From Patescibacteria group bacterium (lineage in GTDB: Bacteria > Patescibacteriota > Patescibacteriia > JAXHNJ01): 64,000 nt of DNA. Positions 1 through 9,084 of this stretch are shown here, piece by piece. The notes below the pieces were generated by a model. It saw only the letters and a list, made by a program, of their open reading frames with translations, did not search any database and was not told where the DNA came from. The DNA is taken from contig JAXHNJ010000001.1 of assembly GCA_034520665.1 (NCBI GenBank), positions 258,579 to 322,578 of the forward strand. The letters run 5' to 3'. Both the position numbers and the translations under genes were made by a program. Every line of letters begins with the position of its first letter. Positions within the stretch are counted from its first letter, which is position 1.

Positions 1-70
1 AATATAAGATCTAATAGAGTAAACCTAGATTTTCAAAATATTATATTATAATAATTAATCAGATAAAATT

Positions 71-439
71 ATGAACATTGAACAAAATCCAGAAAGAATT
101 CAGAAAAAAATGGAGGAAGCAAACGAGGGTGAGAAAAACGAGAGCGAAACCCAAGCTCTTTCGCCTGTTTTAAAGGAAATTAAAGACATGCCTTTAAATT
201 TTAGTGATGAAGAATTCAGAGAAGCGGCTCTTGAGGGCAAAAATGACACAGAAACTTCCCAAGAAGCTTTTGTAAGAACAGTTAAATCTCTTATTGAAGG
301 TAAAGAACCGACAGCTAATACTTGGGGCAGTATGCTTAGAATTTTAGACAGGCCGGCTATGAAAGAGCATCCAAAGCTAGATTTATTTAGAAATGCTATC
401 CATGAATTAGCTGAAAAATACGGAAAGAAGCTAAATTAG
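71..439 (+). CDS. hypothetical cassette-borne protein (122 aa)
   Basis: Intact ORF in the AT-rich island; acidic and hydrophilic; no recognisable motif. Confidence 0.35.
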   Translation: MNIEQNPERIQKKMEEANEGEKNESETQALSPVLKEIKDMPLNFSDEEFREAALEGKNDTETSQEAFVRTVKSLIEGKEPTANTWGSMLRILDRPAMKEHPKLDLFRNAIHELAEKYGKKLN

Positions 440-470
440 AAAAGAAAATATAAATTAATCTGGATGACGA

Positions 471-650
471 TTTTCAGGATTTTTTGAGAAAAGGGGAGTA
501 GGAGAAGAGGTTTTTTTATTGGTAAAAAAAATGGTAAACTATAAACAGTATCGGATTAATATAATGGTTTAATAAAACTTCGTATAATAAACAAATTTGA
601 GGTGATTATACGAAATCAATTCGTATAATTACGAGTTATCGGAAATAATT
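471..650 (+). promoter_or_regulatory. Conserved ~180-bp upstream module (Rep-L) copy 1, containing the perfect palindrome TTATACGAA-ATCAA-TTCGTATAA and -35/-10-like hexamers
   Basis: Near-identical copies at 471-650, 2820-2990, 5783-5925 and 9218-9395. Each lies immediately upstream of a + strand ORF (674, 3010, 5994, 9413). Confidence 0.6.
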
Positions 651-673
651 TTTTATAACTTAAACCAACTATT

Positions 674-1138
674 ATGAATAATCAACAAGATTTGACAATT
701 TTATTAGAAGAGACTTTTCTCAACATTAGAGTTGCAATATTATTAGAAACACCTAGCGGATTTGTTTTTGAGAAATCAAAAGACGGATATATATTTTTAT
801 TGGGCGGAAGAGTTAAATTAAATGAAACAACCCAAGAGGCAGCCTCAAGAGAAATGTTTGAAGAATTAAAATTGGAAAATATAGACATTGAGATGATTTC
901 GGTTATCGAGAATTTTTTTTCAACAGCTGATAATAAAAATATCCACGAAATTAACTTTGTTTATAAAGCAACTCTTCCGCAGTCCATTGATTTAAGTATT
1001 TTTACATCGGACAATGGCAATAACGGTTATTGTTATATTAAAATGGATAAATTTGACAAGCATGATATCAGACCAAAGATTATTAAGGAATTTCTCAAAA
1101 ACAAAAAATCATTTGTACATCTAATAACCCGCGAATAA
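674..1138 (+). CDS. hypothetical protein (154 aa)
   Basis: ORF directly downstream of Rep-L copy 1; no recognisable motif. Confidence 0.4.
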   Translation: MNNQQDLTILLEETFLNIRVAILLETPSGFVFEKSKDGYIFLLGGRVKLNETTQEAASREMFEELKLENIDIEMISVIENFFSTADNKNIHEINFVYKATLPQSIDLSIFTSDNGNNGYCYIKMDKFDKHDIRPKIIKEFLKNKKSFVHLITRE

Positions 1139-1146
1139 AAATTACA

Positions 1147-1292
1147 TCCGATAACAAAGGATATGAGGTTCAAGAAATTCGGCACAAAATATTACCCAAA
1201 GGATGCCAAATTTCTTTCTCTCAAATTTACAAAAATTCAAAATTAATATTCAAAGGTATTTTTGTAAACATCGCATATCCAGAAACGTTATA
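1147..1292 (+). repeat. attC-like imperfect palindromic cassette-boundary repeat
   Basis: 5' arm GATAACAAAGGATATGAGGTTC, inner inverted repeat TTTACAAAAAT/ATTTTTGTAAA, 3' arm CATATCCAGAAACGTTAT. Starts about 10 bp after the stop codon of the preceding ORF. Confidence 0.55.
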
Positions 1293-1378
1293 ATAAATTT
1301 TGAAATAAGCCAAAAAGCCAATGAAGCAAAAAGCCCCATTCGATAAATTAATAAACTTTAATTATTTTTATAAATAAT

Positions 1379-1996
1379 ATGGAAAAGAAAATTCAGATAT
1401 TTATTATTCATGGTGGAATGACTTTCAAAAACAAGACAGACTATTTGCATTATTTAAAAACCAGAAAAATTTTAATTGAGAAAAAAATCCGTTGGACTGA
1501 TGAATTTTTAAAAAAGAATTTAGATAATAATTTTGAAATTATCAAACCACGTATGCCTTTGCAAGATAATGCCAAATATGAAGAATGGAAAATTCATTTT
1601 GAAAGACATATTCCTTGTTTGAAGAATAACATTATATTAATCGGTTCATGCTTAGGAGGAATTTTTCTCGCAAAATACCTGTCTGAAAATAAATTTCCTA
1701 AGAAAATTCTTTCAATTTACTTAATAGCGACTCCCTTTGATGGTTCAAACAGAAAATATATCTCAGGAAAGTTTAATTTAAAATCGGACTTGTCTTTATT
1801 GGAGAAAAATTCCAAAAATCTATATCTAATGTTTTCTAAAGACGATGATGTTGTTCCAGTTTCTCATGCTGAAAAATTCAGAAAAAAACTAAAAAATGCA
1901 AATATAGTAATTTACGAAAGTAAAAATGGCCATTTCAATGTATCTGAATTTCCTGAAATAATAAAAATGATTAAAACAGATGTTAAAAAGAAGTAG
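1379..1996 (+). CDS. alpha/beta-fold hydrolase-like protein (205 aa)
   Basis: IIHGG oxyanion-hole-like motif and a GSCLGG nucleophile-elbow-like motif; family assignment uncertain. Confidence 0.4.
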   Translation: MEKKIQIFIIHGGMTFKNKTDYLHYLKTRKILIEKKIRWTDEFLKKNLDNNFEIIKPRMPLQDNAKYEEWKIHFERHIPCLKNNIILIGSCLGGIFLAKYLSENKFPKKILSIYLIATPFDGSNRKYISGKFNLKSDLSLLEKNSKNLYLMFSKDDDVVPVSHAEKFRKKLKNANIVIYESKNGHFNVSEFPEIIKMIKTDVKKK

Positions 1997-2049
1997 GTCT
2001 TCTTGCTGTTTCTCTATGACGGCTTATTTCAAAACTCTGAAATTTTTCT

Positions 2050-2598
2050 TTGGAACGTTGCACTAAATTTCAGCCCTTCGGGGAATATAACAAGGATTTA
2101 GAAGTTTCGTTCGGTTTCACCTCACTACAACCAAATTTTGCTTCCTCTATTGGTAAAAATAAGGAAGTCGGCAAAACTTCTCATACACGCGAACGTTGGC
2201 TGACATTCATTTTTATCAATATGCAAACACGTGAAGAAACAAAATCTTTTCTCGAAAAAAAATATCCAGAAATTATGAATTCTACTGGTAAAAATTGGGA
2301 TGTAAAAGATGATAAACTAAAAGAGCGGGTATTAGAAAGGTTGACTGATTATTTTCACCCGATAATTGTCAAAAACTTAAAGTCCATTGAAAATACTTTA
2401 GGAAGAGTGAATCAGCGTCGCGAGAATTTTACATTCTTATTTATAGGCGCACTTTTAGGTGTCGTAGGTGGCTTAGTTGCAAATATATTGCATGATTTAC
2501 TAATAAGATTTTCACTAAAATATTATATTATTATCGCTTCAATTATTTTTTTAGCGGTACTTTTGTCTAGTCTTTTATATATTAACTATAAAAAATAA
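2050..2598 (+). CDS. hypothetical membrane protein (182 aa)
   Basis: Two C-terminal hydrophobic helices; no catalytic motif seen. Confidence 0.35.
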   Translation: MERCTKFQPFGEYNKDLEVSFGFTSLQPNFASSIGKNKEVGKTSHTRERWLTFIFINMQTREETKSFLEKKYPEIMNSTGKNWDVKDDKLKERVLERLTDYFHPIIVKNLKSIENTLGRVNQRRENFTFLFIGALLGVVGGLVANILHDLLIRFSLKYYIIIASIIFLAVLLSSLLYINYKK

Positions 2599-2674
2599 CA
2601 TGTCTATACAAAATAACAAAATATTGAATGAATTTCTGGAATATATTAAAAAAAAGTGAACGGCAGCTAACAGC

Positions 2675-2990
2675 GTGTATGAGGTTCAAGAAAAAGTGCG
2701 TTAATAATTTGAAAGAAAACGCTACGAGGGACGCTGCGCTTTCGCTCCACTCCGCTTCGCTCCGCAAAACATCAGATATAGGCAAACCTTGCGCCAGGCC
2801 TCATTTCTTACCAAGAGGATTTTCAGGATTTTTTGAGAAAAGGGGAGTAGGAGAAAAGGTTTTTTTATGGGTAAAAAAAATGGTAAACTATAAACAGTGT
2901 CGGATTATATAATGGTTTAATAAAACTTCGTATAATAAACAAATTTGAGGTGATTATACGAAATCAATTCGTATAATAACTAGTTGTACG
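2675..2990 (+). repeat. attC-like repeat (AACAGCGTGTATGAGGTTC ... CAGATATAGGCAAACC) fused to Rep-L copy 2
   Basis: Sequence identity to the other boundary repeats. The ORF-track CDS 2628..2912 lies inside this repeat and is judged spurious. Confidence 0.55.
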
Positions 2991-3009
2991 AAATTGTTCT
3001 AATTTTCTA

Positions 3010-3249
3010 GTGGTACCTATAGATTTTGATGTGTCAGTAAACAGATACCTGTCAATAGGGTATTTAGCAAAAAAAGAAAGTGCGGAGTTGAAACATTCGT
3101 TGTGGGCATTACAAAGTCCCGAAAACCTAAAAAAACATCATAAAGTTTTTGAGGAGAAATTTGAGTACTTCCGAAAAGTAGGACATAAGGCAAATGTTAA
3201 CGCGGTGAAAGAGTGGTGGGATCAAAAACTTAAGGAATTAAAAAATTAG
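3010..3249 (+). CDS. hypothetical small protein (79 aa, GTG start)
   Basis: ORF downstream of Rep-L copy 2. Confidence 0.3.
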   Translation: MVPIDFDVSVNRYLSIGYLAKKESAELKHSLWALQSPENLKKHHKVFEEKFEYFRKVGHKANVNAVKEWWDQKLKELKN

Positions 3250-3489
3250 AACAACATCGCACAACACCAAATATCTGGCTTGAAAATTTTTCAGTTATTA
3301 GAAAAAACAAGGAGTGAAAAATTTCCGCGCCTAAATTTCGCACTTTTCCGTTTAGTGGTAATTTAGAGTATAATTAATTTAACAATATAATCAGAATATC
3401 AAAGTTTTTAGCACATAAACCAAAGCGCGAAACTTCAGATATTCGGATACGTTATACGCAATTCAGAATTTTATTTTCAAACAATCACA

Positions 3490-3966
3490 ATGATAAAAAT
3501 AATATATGCAACAATTGAAGATTATGATGACTTTCTTGATGTATTCAAGGAGATTGAAGAATATCATAGAGTAAATGCTTCTTGGAAATTTCAAAAACCT
3601 AAACCTGAATTATTTCCAAGAGATTATTTTCATAAAGTAATTGAAGATGAAAATGGTATATTTTTTTTAGCCAAGGATAATACTAAAATTGTTGGTTATT
3701 TAACAGCTTTTGAAGAAAAATCTCCTGATAGGTCCATGTTAAAACTGAGAAAATATATACAGATAGATGATTTATCTGTAAGAAGCGATTATAGAAAAAA
3801 AGGTATCGGTACTTTACTAATGGATAAACTTGAAGAATTGGCTAAAAAAAATAAAATCTATGAAGTGGAGCTTAATGTATGGTGTTTTAACAAAGGTGCA
3901 ATAAAGTTTTATGAAAATAAAGGATATGAATCATTTACTCAGAAAATGAGGAAAGTTTTAAAATAA
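3490..3966 (+). CDS. GNAT family N-acetyltransferase
   Basis: Motif A (R/Q-x-x-G-x-G/A) seen as RKKGIGTLLM, and an FYENKGY C-terminal motif typical of the GNAT fold. Confidence 0.65.
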   Translation: MIKIIYATIEDYDDFLDVFKEIEEYHRVNASWKFQKPKPELFPRDYFHKVIEDENGIFFLAKDNTKIVGYLTAFEEKSPDRSMLKLRKYIQIDDLSVRSDYRKKGIGTLLMDKLEELAKKNKIYEVELNVWCFNKGAIKFYENKGYESFTQKMRKVLK

Positions 3967-4121
3967 AATTTTGAACTTCTCGCTATCGCTCCGTTCGGCT
4001 CGCTTAACAGAAGTATATGCGGTTTGCTCGTTGCCCTTTGCTTTCCCAAATTCTTCACCACGTTTGAAATTTACCTTAAGCCCGATATTAGATCTAATTT
4101 ACAAAACAATTTTTAAATTAT

Positions 4122-4952
4122 ATGGAAAAAAATCTAGAACAATCACAATCTACTAAAAAAATGGAAAAGCCGGAAGATTGGCTGCCAGGGGGGACTGAGC
4201 AAGAACAATATCTCAAAGAACATAAGGAATGGCGGGGTTTAGAAAAACGATTAGGGCAACCGAGGATATTAAATAATGTTTATTTCCCGGAAATTTTAGC
4301 TTGGATTCAAGAAGAATTTAAAGATAATCCTGATGCTTTTTCTTATTTCGAGGCAGGCTGTGGCCACGGAAATGATTTTCGAACCATAAGAAAAGAGCTT
4401 AAGGCTAGAGGCCGCTATCTCGGCGTTGATATGAGTAAGGCAGAAATCATTCACGGGATGAAATTTTATAAAGACGCGGAGGAAGCAAGAAAATTATTTG
4501 CTCAAGGTGATCTTCGTAATTTAAGACATGTTAATATTTGGGATAGGGGAAAAAGAGATTTTTCTCAACCTGTGGAAATTAAAGATGGCGAATTTGATCT
4601 TATCTATATGGAGGCGGTGTTACACGGACTTGGTTATAGTAAAAAAACCTTTCAAGAGAAAAAGGAATCAGCCCAACAGATGCTTAATGAATTATATCGT
4701 ATTTGTAAAGCTGGAGGAAAATTTTTTGGACGAGCCTCCATATTTGGCTCCACCATTACAAAAGAAAAACAATTTGAACTTCTGCGCAAGACAAATAATT
4801 GGCGCTTCATTCCTGAAGCTGAAGAATTTAAAGAAATACTTAAAAAAGCAGGGTTTACAAATATTAAAGGGGCATTGACTCCACATGAAAAAGCAAAAGA
4901 GGATCCAAATAAAAAAGATATTCTGCGATTTTCTTTTTTAGCTGAAAAATAA
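4122..4952 (+). CDS. class I SAM-dependent methyltransferase
   Basis: Motif I EAGCGHGND, then an acidic residue at the end of beta-2 (LGVDMS). Confidence 0.6.
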   Translation: MEKNLEQSQSTKKMEKPEDWLPGGTEQEQYLKEHKEWRGLEKRLGQPRILNNVYFPEILAWIQEEFKDNPDAFSYFEAGCGHGNDFRTIRKELKARGRYLGVDMSKAEIIHGMKFYKDAEEARKLFAQGDLRNLRHVNIWDRGKRDFSQPVEIKDGEFDLIYMEAVLHGLGYSKKTFQEKKESAQQMLNELYRICKAGGKFFGRASIFGSTITKEKQFELLRKTNNWRFIPEAEEFKEILKKAGFTNIKGALTPHEKAKEDPNKKDILRFSFLAEK

Positions 4953-4985
4953 TTTTTTCAGATTAAAAAATGTATTTTGCAAACA

Positions 4986-5090
4986 GTACATAACAAGGTA
5001 TATCTGGTTTCGCTTCTCCTAAGGTTGTCCCTTGATATAAATTTAATACTTCAGATATACGCGAACGTTAATTGCAATTTAGTTTAGGAC
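4986..5090 (+). repeat. attC-like boundary repeat (ATAACAAGGTATATCTGG ... CAGATATACGCGAACGTTAAT)
   Basis: Outer arms are reverse-complementary. An identical copy sits at 8345-8449 inside the segmental duplication. Confidence 0.55.
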
Positions 5091-5134
5091 TTTCTGACAT
5101 AAAATTTATATAATACATAACCCATTTTTTTCTT

Positions 5135-5608
5135 ATGAAGTTTAGAAAATTTAAGAAGAGTGATATTAGACAGATTGCAAAAATTAAGAATTCTGTTTTT
5201 AGTAGTTTCAATAAATCAGAATATTTTGAAAAAGGAACCGTTTCAAAATATTTAAATTACACCAATTCAAAAAAGTCAGACAAAGAACTCCTTGAAGCAT
5301 TTAAGATAACTAAGGATTCTATTTTTTATGTTGCTGAAGAAAATGATAAAATTTTCGGATATATCAAAGGAAGAAAAAATAGAATCGGGAATTTGTTTGT
5401 TCTTGGTCAAAACCATAAAAAAGGGATTGGTAGAAAATTAGTTAATTTATTTGAAAAAGAAGCAGAAAAACAGAACTCTAAAGAAATTAAGATTCACTCT
5501 TCAATTTATGCAGTTCCTTTCTATCAAAAAAGGGGTTATAAGAAAACTACTGGAATTAGAAATCTTCATGGCTTGAAGATTCAACCAATGAAAAAAGTCC
5601 TAAACTAG
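5135..5608 (+). CDS. GNAT family N-acetyltransferase (paralog 1 of 2)
   Basis: HKKGIGRKLV motif A. 98% identical to the ORF at 8494..8967. Confidence 0.65.
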   Translation: MKFRKFKKSDIRQIAKIKNSVFSSFNKSEYFEKGTVSKYLNYTNSKKSDKELLEAFKITKDSIFYVAEENDKIFGYIKGRKNRIGNLFVLGQNHKKGIGRKLVNLFEKEAEKQNSKEIKIHSSIYAVPFYQKRGYKKTTGIRNLHGLKIQPMKKVLN

Positions 5609-5993
5609 ACTTCTTCGAAATTTTTTCAGAATTCCTCGACCCCGCTGCGCTCTCGCCTATGGCTCGGGGTAATTAACAGGATTTTAACGGAAAAATACTC
5701 GGCTCGCATTTTCCCAAATCGCCTACGGCAAAACTTCTCTAAATCCTGAAGTTGTGCAAGACCCCATTTCTTGCCAAGAGGATTTTCAGGATTTTTTGAG
5801 AAAAGGGGAGTAGGGGAAGAGGTTTTTTATTGGTAAAAAAAATGGTAAACTATAGACAGTATCGGATTATATAATGGTTTAATAAAACTTCGTATAATAA
5901 CGAGTTAAGTGAAATTGAGAATTTGTCCTATGAGATTTAAATGGGCACGATTTTTTCCGAAAACTTTATATCACTACATACTTTTATTAATTT

Positions 5994-6470
5994 ATGATGG
6001 ACATAATCAAAATAAGCGAAGATTTCGCAAAAAAAGAATATGCAAAGCATGATGAACTTCACCAATGGAATCATGTTGAAGATGTGATGAATGTGGCTTT
6101 GAAATTATCCGAGTTTCATCCAGAAGCAAATTTAGAAATTTTAAAACTTGCTGTTATCTTTCATGATATTAGTTATGAACAATATGAAACTCATGTTGAA
6201 GAGTCCATGAAAGTAGCAGAAAAATTTCTAAAAGAGCAGGATTATCCGGAAGATAGAATCAAGAAAGTTTTGCAAGTGATGATTTCTCATTCTGGCCCTC
6301 ACAGAAGAAAACTCGGTGAAGCAAAAATGATTGAGGGAAAAATCATTTATGATTCTGATAAATTCCATCTTGCAAAAACTAGAGAGGGATTTGAAAAATA
6401 TTTTGATAGATTTTATCTGGATGAAACTCGTGATATGATTAAAAAAACGTGCCCTGAATTCTTTAAATAA
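5994..6470 (+). CDS. HD-domain phosphohydrolase
   Basis: H...HD motif (HDELHQWNHVED ... IFHDISY). Confidence 0.55.
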   Translation: MMDIIKISEDFAKKEYAKHDELHQWNHVEDVMNVALKLSEFHPEANLEILKLAVIFHDISYEQYETHVEESMKVAEKFLKEQDYPEDRIKKVLQVMISHSGPHRRKLGEAKMIEGKIIYDSDKFHLAKTREGFEKYFDRFYLDETRDMIKKTCPEFFK

Positions 6471-6708
6471 ATGTAAACTTGACGGACAAATTCTCAACTT
6501 GCTCACTATCGTTCGCACCACGCTGCGCTCTCACTTCGTTCGACCCTCATTTAACAAGGGATAAAAGGAAAATTGCTCGGCTCGCAATTTTCCCAAATTT
6601 TCTCCACTACGTTCTGAAAACTTCTTTTATCCCTGATGTTATATGAAATAAATTTTGGCGCGCTAGAAAAAAACCTTAATAAACAAATTCCCCCTAAGTA
6701 TTATTAAC

Positions 6709-7368
6709 ATGAAAAAATCTAAACTTCTCTGGTATATTTTAACAATAGTCCCAATCGCATTATTAATTCTTGGATATATTTTTCCCTCATCATTCTTTGG
6801 AAGTCAAGAGGCAATTAGAGATTTTGTTTCTCAATTTGGAATTTTTGCCCCTCTTGCCTTCATTGTGCTTCAAATCCTGCAAGTTGTAGTAACGCCCCTT
6901 AGTCATTATACTGTTTCAATAGCGGGCGGATTTATTTTTGGAACATGGCAAGGTTTTATTTATAATTGGATTGGTAGAGTAATTGGAACAGCAATCGCTT
7001 TTTATCTTGCTCGAATTTTTGGAAGAAAAATTATTAAGCATCTTGTTAAAAAAGAAACTATCCAAAAATACGATTATATATTTGAAAAAGGAAAACTCTT
7101 ACTGTTCTTAGCATATTTCTTGCCATTGTTCCCAGATGATGAACTTTCATATCTTGCAGGACTTTCAGCAATTAGTCCAAGAATCTTTTTACCTTTAATG
7201 GCGATTGGGCATATTAGTGGAAGTTTAAGTTTAGCTTACATCGGCAACGGGATACAATCTTTCAAAGAGCCGATGTTTATAATACTCTCATTAATAACTT
7301 TAATTGGGGGAATTTGGTTTGCATGGCATTATCAAAAAGTTAAAAATAATGCTAATACCAAAGTGTAA
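6709..7368 (+). CDS. DedA/TVP38/TMEM64 family membrane protein
   Basis: Multi-TM protein with a G-x-x-x-FG...F-x-P...S-x-AG-like signature (GGFIFG ... LAGLS). Confidence 0.6.
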   Translation: MKKSKLLWYILTIVPIALLILGYIFPSSFFGSQEAIRDFVSQFGIFAPLAFIVLQILQVVVTPLSHYTVSIAGGFIFGTWQGFIYNWIGRVIGTAIAFYLARIFGRKIIKHLVKKETIQKYDYIFEKGKLLLFLAYFLPLFPDDELSYLAGLSAISPRIFLPLMAIGHISGSLSLAYIGNGIQSFKEPMFIILSLITLIGGIWFAWHYQKVKNNANTKV

Positions 7369-7627
7369 GATGCGCGCCAAAATTTATTTCACAAAACGGG
7401 CGGGCAAGGAGTTAGAAGAACAAGCTAGAAAAAATCTTAAAAGAGAATTAGCAATGTTGTCGTAAAAATTTTTCTTAACATCAACTAATACTGTGTATCT
7501 GGTTCCACAAATGAGAAATAATTGATTATTTTTTACATTCTTGGTTGCCCTTTTACAATTTTATAAAAGAGAAAGGCCGAGTCCCGCAAATCTGCGAAAC
7601 CCGGCCGAATGGATGGGGGCGGGGCTT

Positions 7628-7798
7628 TCAATACCAGCCCGCGTCTCCTGCTTCCTTAATTTGCTGCGCCTTGGTCTTTACTTCCTGAAGAGCCTTAAGC
7701 ACCTTTGGGTCGTCCTTGTACTTCTCATCGAGTTGGTTGAGGAGATACAGGATTTCCCCTGCTGCCGTGGATGCTCCTACTCCGCTAATCATATTCAT
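7628..7798 (-). CDS. small hypothetical protein (56 aa) with strong Shine-Dalgarno sequence, on a GC-rich insert
   Basis: Minus-strand ORF MNMISGVGASTAAGEILYLLNQLDEKYKDDPKVLKALQEVKTKAQQIKEAGDAGWY, preceded by GGAGGTG. Local GC about 50% against about 30% in flanks. The overlapping + strand ORF 7541..7903 looks like a translation artefact. Confidence 0.35.
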   Translation of the reverse strand: MNMISGVGASTAAGEILYLLNQLDEKYKDDPKVLKALQEVKTKAQQIKEAGDAGWY

Positions 7799-8095
7799 TG
7801 CGCACCTCCAATGTTCACGACATATTATCCTAGCAGATTATGCCCTGCCTGTCAAGCTAACAAATCTTTAAAAATTGTAAAAATCCCTAAAGTTAGGGTA
7901 TAATAATAAAGAATTTCTCATTTGTTCCACCTAAATTCTCATTTCGTATTGTGCTGGCGCTCTGCGCAATTTTATCACCTACATACACTCGTGACTTCGC
8001 ATACGCATGTCTGTTAGATGAAATAATAAAAAAATTCTTAACTATTGATAAATAATAAAATTTAACAATAATATTAACACTAGCAATACAAACTT

Positions 8096-8311
8096 ATGAA
8101 AAATTTTGAAAAAAACATTGGCCAAGGAGAAAGTTTATTAGAATTAGCCGCAAAAAAACTTAATTTAGATCCAAAAAACACCTCGTTAAATGAAGTAGAG
8201 GCAGTTATGCTTGGATTGCCAAAAGAAAGTTCCGTTTATGAGGTTGAAAAAGCAAAAGAGGATCCAAATAAAAAAGATATTCTGCGATTTTCTTTTTTAG
8301 CTGAAAAATAA
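8096..8311 (+). CDS. hypothetical protein; the last 20 aa are identical to the C-terminus of the methyltransferase at 4122..4952 (chimeric ORF at a duplication junction)
   Basis: C-terminus KAKEDPNKKDILRFSFLAEK is shared. The duplication breakpoint falls inside the ORF. Confidence 0.3.
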   Translation: MKNFEKNIGQGESLLELAAKKLNLDPKNTSLNEVEAVMLGLPKESSVYEVEKAKEDPNKKDILRFSFLAEK

Positions 8312-8493
8312 TTTTTTCAGATTAAAAAATGTATTTTGCAAACAGTACATAACAAGGTATATCTGGTTTCGCTTCTCCTAAGGTTGTCCCTTGATATAAA
8401 TTTAATACTTCAGATATACGCGAACGTTAATTGCAATTTAGTTTAGGACTTTCTGACATAAAATTTATATAATACATAACCCATTTTTTTCTT

Positions 8494-8967
8494 ATGAAGT
8501 TTAGAAAATTTAAGAAGAGTGATATTAGACAGATTGCAAAAATTAAGAATTCTGTTTTTAGTAGTTTCAATAAATCAGAATATTTTGAAAAAGGAACCGT
8601 TTCAAAATATTTAAATTACACCAATCCAAAAAAGTCAGACAAAGAACTCCTTGAAGCATTTAAGATAACTAAGGATTCTATTTTTTATGTTGCTGAAGAA
8701 AATGATAAAATTTTCGGATATATCAAAGGAAGAAAAAATAGAATCGGGAATTTGTTTGTTCTTGGTCAAAACCATAAAAAAGGGATTGGTAGAAAATTAG
8801 TTGATTTATTTGAAAAAGAAGCAGAAAAACAGAACTCTAAAGAAATTAAGATTAACTCTTCAATTTATGCAGTTCCTTTCTATCAAAAAAGGGGTTATAA
8901 GAAAACTACTGGAATTAGAAATCTTCATGGCTTGAAGATTCAACCAATGAAAAAAGTCCTAAACTAA
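8494..8967 (+). CDS. GNAT family N-acetyltransferase (paralog 2 of 2)
   Basis: Differs from 5135..5608 by three substitutions (S45P, N104D, H130N). Confidence 0.65.
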   Translation: MKFRKFKKSDIRQIAKIKNSVFSSFNKSEYFEKGTVSKYLNYTNPKKSDKELLEAFKITKDSIFYVAEENDKIFGYIKGRKNRIGNLFVLGQNHKKGIGRKLVDLFEKEAEKQNSKEIKINSSIYAVPFYQKRGYKKTTGIRNLHGLKIQPMKKVLN

Positions 8968-9007
8968 ACTTCTTCGAAATTTTTTCAGAATTCCTCGACC
9001 CCGCTGC

Positions 9008-9084
9008 CTGCCCGCCATAGTCTACGGCATCAGGCCTTGGCTCGCCCGCCTGAGTTGCTCAGGCAAGTCGGGCGGCAGGCGGGC
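9008..9084. repeat. 77-bp GC-rich palindromic insertion (REP/MITE-like) present in only one copy of the duplicated repeat
   Basis: CTGCCCGCC...GCCTGAGTTGCTCAGGC...GGCAGGCGGGC has terminal and internal inverted repeats. The paralogous position 5647/5648 is uninterrupted. Confidence 0.6.

Noticed and set aside
2628-2912. 94-aa + strand ORF
   Set aside because: It lies wholly within the conserved boundary repeat and Rep-L sequence, which recur at other loci without preserving this frame.
4528-4886. ORFs 4528..4878 (+) and 4692..4886 (-) inside the methyltransferase gene
   Set aside because: They are embedded in the well-supported methyltransferase frame (motif I present). Lys/Phe-rich translations are typical of AT-rich alternative frames.
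7541-7903. + strand 120-aa ORF from the ORF track
   Set aside because: The translation is low-complexity and Cys/Leu-rich with no start context. It lies antisense to a better-supported minus-strand small ORF that has a strong SD, on a GC-rich insert. It is probably an artefact of high GC in an AT-rich genome.
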